Source: Vulcanimicrobiota bacterium (lineage in GTDB: Bacteria > Vulcanimicrobiota > Vulcanimicrobiia > Vulcanimicrobiales > Vulcanimicrobiaceae). From it: DNA of 19,235 nt. Below, piece after piece: positions 1 to 9,148 of this stretch. Position numbers and translations under genes: made by a program. Numbering within the stretch: position 1 is the first letter of the stretch; each line of letters opens with the position of its first letter. The stretch spans positions 1-19,235 of the forward strand of contig CAVTCS010000007.1 of assembly GCA_963733295.1 (NCBI GenBank), written 5' to 3'. The notes beneath the pieces were generated by a model, which saw only the letters and a list, made by a program, of their open reading frames with translations, made no database searches and was not told the origin of the DNA.

Positions 1-60
1 ATACTACATAAGGGCGCTCAAACTTCCGGTCCCCCACCGCCGGGCCCCGATCGCGGGTCG
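1..60 (+). repeat. Left terminal inverted repeat of unit A (truncated by window edge)
   Basis: ATACTACATAAGGGCGCTCAAACTTCCGGTCCCCCACCGCCGGGCCCCGATCGCGGGTCG matches the reverse complement of 15513-15571 at 52/60 by manual alignment, and the direct copy at 13923-13966 at 41/44. Confidence 0.9.
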
Positions 61-273
61 AGTTCCTGATCAACTAAGGGCGCTCAAACCTGCGGGGTTG
101 GGGTGTGGGGCGCAGCCGGCGGAATCGATAACCGGCATCCAATCTTAGATTGATTTGTTGGTGGTTTTAGCAACGTAAAGCCACACCAGCACTTCTGGAA
201 GCCAGATGATGAGTAACCCTAAGAACACTCTTCTGAGCACCTGTGCCCGCGCTCGCCCCAGCACTTGCCATTC

Positions 274-1200
274 TTAACACGAAGGAAAATGTTCACCCAA
301 GATCCTAACAGAATCGTTGTTGGGTAGAACGCATAAAATAACGCGAGACCGATTACGTAAAGAGCTACAGGTCTCCCATCGGTTCCAGCCATTTGGGTCT
401 CCGATGATGCGGCTGCCTGATTGGGTTACGATGGTTCCTACATCGACCATAACGGGTGAGAACACTGGGAAGGGATAGAGGTCACTCAGGCACGGGCGAC
501 TTTACAGTGGGACAATTGGGTCCAACACCAGGCGTGGCCACAAAGAACCTAAGGAAAATGGGCACCAGGAGGGCCTGTGCTGAACTCCGCAGGCTTCACT
601 TGACTTAGACACGTGTGCATCTGGTGATCACAGGTGTGCACGTGGCTGCATTTGGCTGGAGGTGACAGGCTGATGGGCCCTGGAGCGTTACGCGCCAGGC
701 AACCGTCGTGATTGCGGCAGCAATTGTCAAGGAAGTCGCTCTTGTCTCCGCGCGCTTTGTCGTAAGCCGTGGCCGGGTAATCTTGCTCCCGGCAGTCCGA
801 GAATCGAGAAAGCATAACCCGGACCGCAAAACTTCCGTTGTACACATTAGCTTGAAATTCTCCGTGTGAGCCTGAATCGAGATCCGCGAGCAGATCGGTA
901 TAAAGACTGGTGAATCCGGTTGCAAGGATTGGCATTGGGATGCAACCGTTAGACGGGCTCAAACCGCGGGGGTGTCGCTCCGCATCGCGGGATCATCCAT
1001 CCCGTAACCGTAGATCTCGGGGTTCTTCCTCGCGCCCGACATCTTCTGAGACTTTGATGCCTACCCCGAACCAGGGTGGTACCAGCGCACGTTGTTGTAG
1101 TTGCGCTCGGAGGGAGAAGTAGAGCGACGCAGGGGAAAGCCAGGAGCGAGGCGCCAGCTGTGAACACGCGCGTCGCGAAGACGCAGCCATCAGGTTGCAT
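274..1200 (-). pseudogene. Frameshifted secreted phospholipase A2-like protein (core in ORF 549-962)
   Basis: ORF 549-962 contains DFLDNCCRNHDGC and CDHQMHTCL. The Ca-binding-loop-like FCGPGY (814-831) is in an adjacent frame right after YNG. A signal-peptide-like stretch starts at ATG 1200 in another frame. Both ends are uncertain. Confidence 0.6.
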
Positions 1201-1604
1201 ACTATCGACCTGCCAGGTGATCGCGGGCGTCGCGGCTGGCGCGAGGCGATACAGGGCGGGTGGGGTGGCGCGGTTTTTCGGGCCCCTTCCTCTCGGAAAG
1301 AGTCGTCGCGTAGCGGGCATCAGGGGGGGGAAAGGGGCCAAAACGGGCCGGCCCTGGCCCTCGGTCCGGGATCCGGTAAAATCCGCCAACGCGGCGCAAG
1401 GCCCTTTGGCATCAGGGTTTCCGGCGCAGAGCCCCTCGCGGCGTACCGATCGGCTCGGCGCGACGTTCTTTGCAGAACGGTTTTGCAAAATCAACGGTGT
1501 CGCGCAAAGGCCTGTCCCACAAGGGTTCCGACGCGTATTTCCAATGAGTCGGATTCACGTTACGTACGCGGTTCCCGGTAATCATCACTGGCGACGCGCG
1601 TTAC

Positions 1605-1832
1605 TTATGGAGGCGGTGTAGCGAAGCCCAAAGAGTCGTACACCGATCCATACGTTACAGCAATCCAATGCTGCTGCGCACAGTGCATTTGACGCTGCCC
1701 CCAGGCCCGGACTACCCGCAAGTCTTCCGCCAGTTCGTACATCCATGCGGCGTAAGCTGCGCGAATCGCTCTGCGCAAGTCGACACGTGGCCCGAACGTG
1801 GTTTGTCGTTCTGGGTTAGTCCCACGAGGCAT
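1605..1832 (-). CDS. Small hypothetical protein downstream of polB
   Basis: ORF co-oriented with the polB operon, with ATG at 1832; no recognisable motif. Confidence 0.3.
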   Translation of the reverse strand: MPRGTNPERQTTFGPRVDLRRAIRAAYAAWMYELAEDLRVVRAWGQRQMHCAQQHWIAVTYGSVYDSLGFATPPP

Positions 1833-1992
1833 GAGCAGATCACCGCCAGATATGAGTGAATGTCCGCAAATCACGATCTAGCGTGCCACTTCATCCTCGG
1901 TCCGAACTTGAACTCGAGCACGCGCAGACGAGAGCCCTCGCCAATTCAACGATCGCTCGACGCAAGGCGGCGCGTTGTGGTGCCGCAGCGCT

Positions 1993-3296
1993 TCAGGATA
2001 TCCTGGAGAGCGCGGACCGAAATCCGAGCTCGCGCGCAACCGCGGCGCGGGGTCTTGTGGTTAGCGCGCCGAGCGCCCATTCGAACTCCCGATTATCCGG
2101 ATCGTCGTAGACGAACGGCTCGTCCCGTTCGAGACTGTCCCCTTCGCCCTCGTCGAGTCGATCGATTTCCTTACCGACCCGCGTCGGTTCTCCGTCGGTC
2201 AGGTGCAGCCGGCCCAATAGTCCGCGCGTTTCGGAGGTTGCTGGTAAGCCGTCCGGACCGGCCGCTTTGGATTCGGGGTGCTCGGCGTATTGGGCAATGA
2301 ATTCGTCCAGTCGCATTACCGGCACGGTGCCTGCATGCGCATTCCCCTCCCAATCCAGCGAAACGGGCTTCCCTGTGCGAAAATCGCACCAATGCAAACG
2401 GCGAGTTTTCGCGAGGTCACGTTCAAATGGGGCAATGGGCTGTACGGAATCCCCCATTTCCGCTGCCGGTGTAATTGTTTGCAGAAAACCATAGGGTTTA
2501 ATGGAGAAATCGTACGTTTTCGCACGATTAAACCGCCTGAATCCCTTACCTGCCCAAATACGCGGTTGCGCTATGGGAAAACGGCGGCGAAAAGGTACGT
2601 CAAAGTCCAAAAGCGCGCGCATACGACGCTTGCGAGTTCCTCGATACGTAATATGCAATTCTCGCAGTAAAATGGCCGTCCAAGCGCGTCGCGCGAGTTT
2701 TCGCACGTTTTCGCTCTTTGTGCGTCCAATTGCCGCGCCAAAACCACTTTCGGATGCCTTTATGATGCGAAGGCGTTTTCGCGTATCGGGTGTAAAAAGC
2801 ACGTAGCGTTTGGCAGATATAGCCAGGCAACGTAGGTTGCGCACATCGTCATATTCACGCTTGAGCAATTCTGGTACATCGTGGCGATTGTACGGGTTTA
2901 GGCGGTTAAAGCCCGTGATAATCCTGGAAACCTCACGTTCGCTTAGGCAATGCACCGTTTCTGCGTTTCCCCCGACCCCGATCGCGAGGCTGTCCGTATC
3001 GCAGAAGACGAACGTCCCGCCGGCGGCGGCAACCTCCGTCTCAAGCATCGCGAGCATCAGGCGCGCACCACCTGTGACCAGCGTTGCGACGATTGGGTTA
3101 AAGAATGCCCCAGGACGCTCGTTGTTGGTCTTGCCCTTCCTCGGACCCACGTCGGAGTACCAAACGGCCTCCTGGGGCAAATGAGAGCTTCTTGTAGCCC
3201 CTTCGCCGCTCGGCGCGACGTTGATCTCGGCAAAAATTCCGTACGCCCCGCTGTTAGCAAGAATTTTCAGAGCGAGTTCGCGCCTAGCCGATTCCC
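1993..3296 (-). CDS. polB: Family B DNA polymerase, C-terminal segment (motifs B and C, C-terminal HTH)
   Basis: The frame of ORF 1993-3180 stays open upstream and encodes ELALKILANSGAYGIFAE (motif B). Motif C is FCDTDSL, followed by ISAKRY. The tail AAVARELG is HTH-like. Confidence 0.85.
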
Positions 3297-3878
3297 ATGC
3301 GGATCGCGGTTTGACGCGCGCTTAGCACGCTGACGCTGCTCGACGACAATCTTGAATATTGGTAGCAGCGGATCTAATGGCGTACCAAGGAAGTCGATCG
3401 CTTGTTTTTCCGTCTGTTCGCCTGGAATGATTTCGATAGCGCGCTCAATCTCTGGGGTCTTGCCGCCGAGAAGTTTTGCGGCAATAACGTCGGCAAGCGT
3501 ATACCAACGCGAGAAATCACTCGTGAAATGGGTGACAGAGATTGTGTACGCCTCACTTGCTGATTGCCGCATGCGCACGGGAAGAATATCACCGTTGGGC
3601 CTCAGGCAAACGAGGCAATTGAGCTGGGGCCAAACCGCCGAGTCGTAGAGGCTCGAAAGGGTGACCGAACGGATAAGCTTTCGTACCGCATTTGTCGCGT
3701 CACATTCACCATTCGTTTCGGCGCCAATCAGCTGCTGGATGTTCTGGAGTAGAAAGACGGTCGGGTACATTGACGTGAAGTCAACCACGGTAACGGGCAC
3801 GTCGACCTTTCGCACCCTCACCTCAGCTCGGCCGCCGAAGTAGGAGGCCATTGCAAAGCCGATCGTTTTCGGCCTCAT
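3267..3878 (-). CDS. polB: Family B DNA polymerase, middle segment (motif A)
   Basis: SYFGGRAE and VVDFTSMYPT (DxxSxYP, motif A). Confidence 0.85.
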   Translation of the reverse strand: MRPKTIGFAMASYFGGRAEVRVRKVDVPVTVVDFTSMYPTVFLLQNIQQLIGAETNGECDATNAVRKLIRSVTLSSLYDSAVWPQLNCLVCLRPNGDILPVRMRQSASEAYTISVTHFTSDFSRWYTLADVIAAKLLGGKTPEIERAIEIIPGEQTEKQAIDFLGTPLDPLLPIFKIVVEQRQRAKRASNRDPHGNRLGANSL

Positions 3879-4792
3879 TCCGGTTCCTCGCTCTCGGCCG
3901 TTTGGGCGCGTTTGAAGCCCATGAGCGCTAAGGTCGCTTTTGCAACGCTCGCCGTTGAATAAATACGGGTCATAGGAACGGTATTGGCAGCTTGCTTTCG
4001 TTCATTTTCCATTGTCGCGAATGGGTACTGTACATACTCGGCGCGCAGCTTTTCGAAAAGCTCCCACGTTACCGTTACATCGTTACGGCAATATTCGATG
4101 GCCTCAGGGGTTATTTTCCCCAGCTCAACGTCAGTTTTCTTATGGGCAGTTTTGAACTCGAAAGCCGCCCGTTTTAGGCTAAAGCGAATGCCGGTGAGCG
4201 CGTTCGTAAGCGTGCTAAGATCGAGAAATCGGCCCTTAAAATACGGCTTCTCCCATTCCCGCATTTTAGCTTTCGGCGCGAACTGGATGAATGCGGCTCG
4301 TCCAGAGACCGATTCGATATGGACATCCGAATAGGTCATATAGCGGGATAGCCGAAAGCGGAACTTGCGCGAGTTCTTTCCACGGCCGGCACCGGCATGT
4401 TCCGCTATTCGTGACAAATCGAACGGCAGATTAAAGCCGACACAAAGCGTTCCGAGGCCATACACGTGGTGAAAAAATATCCGGTGTACGAAGTCCTCGC
4501 GCGAATAGACGGAAAGCCCGGCACCTTTTGCGTAGCGCCGCACCGTTGCAACCTCCGTCTCTTTTAATGCATCGCCTAGGAAAACGCCCTCGCCCATGAG
4601 GTCGTTTGCTTGGTACAGCTGGAACACACCGAAAAGCAACCGTTGTGTAAAATCGGTTGTCGTTTCGGTGTCAAACACGAGCACGCGCTCGTCAATTTTG
4701 GGGCGGCGGTAGCCGCGGTTCTTCGTACCGGACTTGCTCTTTTTCTTGGCCGGTTGCACCCATGCTCGAACGGCGGTCTGGACGCGAATCAA
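3875..4792 (-). CDS. polB: Family B DNA polymerase, N-terminal 3'-5' exonuclease segment
   Basis: ExoI VFDTETT, ExoII VGFNLPFD, ExoIII YCRNDV. The TTG start overlaps the upstream stop codon. Confidence 0.85.
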   Translation of the reverse strand: MIRVQTAVRAWVQPAKKKSKSGTKNRGYRRPKIDERVLVFDTETTTDFTQRLLFGVFQLYQANDLMGEGVFLGDALKETEVATVRRYAKGAGLSVYSREDFVHRIFFHHVYGLGTLCVGFNLPFDLSRIAEHAGAGRGKNSRKFRFRLSRYMTYSDVHIESVSGRAAFIQFAPKAKMREWEKPYFKGRFLDLSTLTNALTGIRFSLKRAAFEFKTAHKKTDVELGKITPEAIEYCRNDVTVTWELFEKLRAEYVQYPFATMENERKQAANTVPMTRIYSTASVAKATLALMGFKRAQTAESEEPE

Positions 4793-5414
4793 GGTGGGGG
4801 TGGCACAGAGACACCTCGCGAGTAGTCAGAGCCTAAGGTTGCCACAAAATGCTTATCGGCCGCCAGGTTCCAGACGGCCCATGCGACTAGAACCACAACC
4901 ACAGCGGTAAAGAAGACCCTGGCTTCCGCTTCCAAGTCACCCGCCGCGGCGTAGACGACCAAGAAAGCCGCGAGGCCGAATTCGAAAGCGGCTTGGAGCT
5001 CCAAGGGCCGGCGGTCGGGATCTTGCCGCCGTAGGGTACCCAGGGTGTCTTCCTGGAGATCGCTTTGGATGGCGTGGCAATTCAGGCACAAGGGGCCTTG
5101 GAGCGTGCTGTTTGCCTGCCCCGCAATATGGTGGGACTCGAACACGCGCAGATCTGTCTCGCCGCACAACAGGCACTTGAACCCATCGTAACCGAGTTTC
5201 TTCAGCAGGGCGAGTTTACGGCGCTGGGAGGACAGCGATAGGGGCTTGCGCTTCGCCCGGCAATTGTGGCAGCGAATCTCGCCGGCCCGAGAGCGGCAGA
5301 GGCAGCAAACCTCCTGGAGCCAGCAATCCAGACATTGGGATCGGTATCCCGCAAACGCTGGAGCTTGCGCTCGTGACGAAGCGCTCGTTTCGTTTCGTCG
5401 CCTATCGGGATCAC
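4789..5414 (-). CDS. HNH-type Zn-binding endonuclease-like protein with hydrophobic C-terminus (one frameshift near 5338)
   Basis: CLLCG...ESHHIAG...LCLNCH motif. The likely true start is GTG 5414, coupled to the upstream TAG (MIPIGDETKRALRHERKLQRLRDTDP), which joins the QCLDC frame with one extra C at 5337-5339. Confidence 0.7.
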
Positions 5415-5938
5415 TATTCGGCCGAGCCTGGTGGGCCATAGATGTCGAGGAAGTGCAACTCACCGGCGCGAGCAAGACGATTAATCGTCGCGCGATCGGT
5501 GACGAAGAAGTGCGTCTTGCCGCCCGCCTTAATGCTCTTGCCTTCGAACCGTCTAAGAGACGAATCGTCCGCATGCATTACGAACTTGCGAACCGCATTG
5601 CTGTGGCGAGCGATCCGGGTGGCGTCTCGGGAATTCGTGACGCGCAGCGCGATGTAACCACGGTCGGTGAGGAACGATAAGTCCCGCGCGATCTTATCCG
5701 TGCTTTTGGCGTCCAGGCGTCCACTGCGAGTCTCTAGAGCGGGCCCAGCGTAGCGTCTCACGGTCTTGACCGTGGTTCCCGAGCGTCGGGCTACCTGAGT
5801 CATACTCAACGCCGGCTGGCGTCGCTTTAGGGCTAACGCATCGAGAACTCGTCGTTGGGCGTCACGCTCGCGATCGAGAGTCGGCGAAAGGTAGATTGTG
5901 GTTTTCCGCGAGCGCCTCTTAGGCTGAATTGGTGTCAC
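5414..5938 (-). CDS. Helix-turn-helix DNA-binding protein
   Basis: SMTQVARRSGTTVKTVRRY HTH. GTG at 5938 is preceded by GGAGG. First gene of the HTH-HNH-polB operon. Confidence 0.75.
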   Translation of the reverse strand: MTPIQPKRRSRKTTIYLSPTLDRERDAQRRVLDALALKRRQPALSMTQVARRSGTTVKTVRRYAGPALETRSGRLDAKSTDKIARDLSFLTDRGYIALRVTNSRDATRIARHSNAVRKFVMHADDSSLRRFEGKSIKAGGKTHFFVTDRATINRLARAGELHFLDIYGPPGSAE

Positions 5939-6047
5939 GTGAGATCCCTCCAATAACACCGACGTTAGCCAGACACCAGCTCTAGTTCCGGTCAAAAAGT
6001 TGACAGGCTCGCGCGGACCTGGGGTCTCATTTATCGAACGTAAGCCC

Positions 6048-7046
6048 ATGGGCGACGACGACGAATCGAAGCCTCTTTCCGAGGTCCTTTCGCTTCTCGA
6101 TGGCTGTGGACTAAAAATCTCCGAAGACGGTCTTCAGCGTTTACGAAAGGCCGGACTTGTTGACGCCAAAGGACCGATCATCACGCTCGATCAGGCCAAG
6201 CGTCTCAAAGAAGTTCTCGTTATCCGCAATCGCATAGGCTCGAAGTGGCGACTCGATCAGCTCGCCTTTTTCATGGTCATGCACGGGATGGAACGGGTCC
6301 CCGCTAAACTTGTTGGCGACTACATCGAGTTTCTAGTAGACGATTACACAAGGATTGTCGAGCGAATTTTACGGCGACTCGGATCAGGTACCGTCGCCAT
6401 GAAACGGCGGCGCGTTGCCAGTGAAGAAGCCATGGCCGGCGTCATTGTTCGAGGGATGTATCGCAACATGGTGTTGCCACGAACGCCTGAGCTTGTGGCG
6501 ACGCGCTCGGCGCTGGAGGCGTGGGTCGCGGTGGTTCTTGCCGTTGTATTCTGCAAGAAGCGCGTCAGCGATATACCGAACCTGGTTCGCCGCGCGGTTT
6601 TCCTCGCCATCACGGACCCTACTGTCGCCGAACAGCAATTGGAAGACATACGATCCTTCCTTGAGAGGACGCTACCGGCGCTGACAATCAGCGATACTAA
6701 TGCCCTGCTACAAGACGTTCGAAGGGCTAAAAAGACTCCGCTGGTAATGTTGACGGCGGCTCGAGATGCTGCGCACATAGTGCGGTTACTCAATCGTGCG
6801 CTTGCGCCGATTCCAGCTCCACAACCCGGAGTGTCTTCAAAGACAAACGTTGAGATCTTCGAGCGTCTTTATCGCTCGTTTCTAGGGCTGCTCGCTGGGC
6901 TCAGCATTCAGTCGCAAGCCAACCCCAATTCAGCGAGGTTCCTCGCTCGCCTGCGAGCGGGTGACGACTTTGGGTTGAGCGTGTACCTTTCGGAACTGTA
7001 TCGCGATTCAGTCACCGAGCTAGAAAGGGCGAGGACAGTAAGCTAA
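6048..7046 (+). CDS. Hypothetical protein, possible N-terminal winged-HTH, coupled to cas1
   Basis: Long ORF with ATG at 6048; its stop overlaps the cas1 start (TAATG). ISEDGLQRLRKAGLV is wHTH-like. Confidence 0.75.
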   Translation: MGDDDESKPLSEVLSLLDGCGLKISEDGLQRLRKAGLVDAKGPIITLDQAKRLKEVLVIRNRIGSKWRLDQLAFFMVMHGMERVPAKLVGDYIEFLVDDYTRIVERILRRLGSGTVAMKRRRVASEEAMAGVIVRGMYRNMVLPRTPELVATRSALEAWVAVVLAVVFCKKRVSDIPNLVRRAVFLAITDPTVAEQQLEDIRSFLERTLPALTISDTNALLQDVRRAKKTPLVMLTAARDAAHIVRLLNRALAPIPAPQPGVSSKTNVEIFERLYRSFLGLLAGLSIQSQANPNSARFLARLRAGDDFGLSVYLSELYRDSVTELERARTVS

Positions 7047-8404
7047 TGAGCGTCACATCAAACGTTTTGATTGTCGACGGATACGGTGTCCGGCTTGACG
7101 TCGAACGAGGACACCTTATCGTTCGAGATGGCTTCCCATCGGATGGAACCACCCGCGAAACGAGATTTCCTCGGGGGCGGTGTGAGATTAACCGAATCGT
7201 CGTCCGAGCATCGGCTGGCAACGTGACGATCGCGGCGCTCCAATGGTGTCAACGTATGGGCATCGCCTTCGCCTTTGTGGGTTCAGACAGCCGGCTGATC
7301 AATTGCCTCGTACCGGATGGCCCGCACGATGGTCCGCTGCGCCGGGCGCAGGCAGTCAGCGGTGTGACGGACGACGCCCTTATGCTTGCGCGTTGGCTTC
7401 TCAGGAAGAAGCTCGAATCACAGCTCGTCGCTTTAGGGCGGACTGCGGCCGACAACGCTCGATCTGAGATTCAGGCAACGATGACCGCAATCGAGCGAGA
7501 CGAGACCCTCACGGTGCTATTGAGCCACGAGGCCTACGCGGCTAGGCTCTACTTTGACTCGCTCGTCGGTACTGAGCTGCCGTGGCCAGACTTTGCCTTA
7601 AAGCGGATACCAAGTCATTGGCGATTCGTTTCGATCCGTGATAGTGGTGGACGAAATCGCGTGCGCGACGCGAAAGATCCCTTCAATGCACTGCTCAACT
7701 ACGGGTATACCTTGCTTGAAGTCGAGACTCGGGTTGCTTGCGCTGCGGAAAGCCTCGATCCAGACCTTGGATATCTGCACGTCGACTCACGTCTCAGGGA
7801 GTCTTTCATTTACGATCTCCTGGAACCGCTGCGGGTAAAGGTTGACCAGCTTACCCTAGACTGGATCGGGCGAGCCAAGATTCGACCGTGGATGTTCATC
7901 GAACTGAGGGACGGCGTCGTGCGACTTGATCCTGACGCTGCTCGCGATTACGCGCACACAGTGATGCCGAAGCTGAGGGCGCCGGCACTGTCGATGGCGC
8001 GGGAGTTTGCAACGCAGCTGCGCCGAATCTCACTTCCGTATGCTCTGGTTGACCATCGAGTCGCTGCGAAAACGCCAAGCCGGATCGGAGCGGTCAGCAA
8101 GCCATGCGCATACTGTGGGCAGAAAGTACCGCGGGTAGAATTGAAGTTTTGCGGACGTCAGTGCTACCTGAGGCACTCAGTCGAAGTAAGACGTCCACTC
8201 ATGAAAGCCCAGGCGAAGCTGGCCGCTCTGCGTGAAGCCGGTCACAGTCCTGGATGGGATGACGAGGCCCGGAAAAAACGTAGGGCTGGGAAAACGGCGA
8301 TGCTTCGCAAACGCATACCTGGAATGACGGTCGAAGAGACACGCGCGCGGAAGGCCGAGCAGCAGAGAACATATCGGAAGTTACGCGCGGAGCGTGAGCA
8401 GTGA
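7046..8404 (+). CDS. cas1: Cas1-family endonuclease (casposase) with C-terminal Zn-ribbon and basic tail
   Basis: N-terminal LIVDGYGVRLDVERGHLIV; HEAYAARLYF (catalytic E); DPFNALLNYGY; LDPDLGYLH (H); FIYDLLEPLR. C-terminal CAYCG...FCGRQC. Confidence 0.95.
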   Translation: MSVTSNVLIVDGYGVRLDVERGHLIVRDGFPSDGTTRETRFPRGRCEINRIVVRASAGNVTIAALQWCQRMGIAFAFVGSDSRLINCLVPDGPHDGPLRRAQAVSGVTDDALMLARWLLRKKLESQLVALGRTAADNARSEIQATMTAIERDETLTVLLSHEAYAARLYFDSLVGTELPWPDFALKRIPSHWRFVSIRDSGGRNRVRDAKDPFNALLNYGYTLLEVETRVACAAESLDPDLGYLHVDSRLRESFIYDLLEPLRVKVDQLTLDWIGRAKIRPWMFIELRDGVVRLDPDAARDYAHTVMPKLRAPALSMAREFATQLRRISLPYALVDHRVAAKTPSRIGAVSKPCAYCGQKVPRVELKFCGRQCYLRHSVEVRRPLMKAQAKLAALREAGHSPGWDDEARKKRRAGKTAMLRKRIPGMTVEETRARKAEQQRTYRKLRAEREQ

Positions 8405-9148
8405 TTAACCCCAAGCACCGTGCGAGCCGCAAAGCTCAGGGCTCTGCTTCGCGCTTTATGTCATCGCAGAAAACTCCAGATCTTCAGCCGTTAGCCGCTC
8501 ACGTTATCGAAACCCACTCGTCCGAAATTCTTTCGTCGAGATTGCGCCGTCACGGACCAGAAGCTCAACTTCTAACGAATTTCTTGCAGAACACGACGAT
8601 GCGGACACCGCCGGGGTCCTCGCTAACAGTGTTGAGGGAACCAAGAATCGGCTGTACTTATCCCGATATCTTGCTCTTGATCTGGGATAAGGTTGTTGTT
8701 GAGCGCTTCTCTTGTGCGACTCGTTTGACGCAGAAGGACCTGACGATTCTTCACTTTTTGAAGTTCGCCACGCGCGCAAGGACAGATGACCTTCGGAGTC
8801 GGTTTGGTAGGGACGTTAAAGCGAGCTTAGACCGGTTGCTTGCGCGGGGTCTTATTATGACTGATACCCGCTGGTGGAGGCTGACAAAGGATGACCCATC
8901 GTTTGCCCTGATGCATTTGATTGCTATCGAAGCGAAGGTTAAAAAGATCGCGCTCGCCGCAAGGCAAGCTTTTTATAACACGTCCTTTGCGAGTGAGTCT
9001 TATGTGTTGCTTCAGAATGCGAACTGGGTCTCCCTCGAAATGGAGACCTGGACATGGGGAGGTACGGCAGTTTACAACAGCGCGACGTCGCCGCCATGGC
9101 GGAAATTTTCAGTACGCTTGAGTCCACGTAAGTGTTGAGTTTAGTGTG

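Noticed and set aside
949..1621. Overlapping 181-aa ORFs on both strands
   Set aside because: Low-complexity GC-rich translations across a probably non-coding structured region; only the segment from ATG 1200 is used, as a possible PLA2 N-terminus.
5415..5574. N-terminal extension of tracked ORF 4789-5574
   Set aside because: It overlaps the HTH gene out of frame; the coupled GTG at 5414 plus one frameshift is more plausible.
7046..8404. cas1 as part of a CRISPR-Cas adaptation module
   Set aside because: No cas2, cas4, effector genes or repeat-spacer array in the window; the PolB/HNH/TIR context indicates a casposon.
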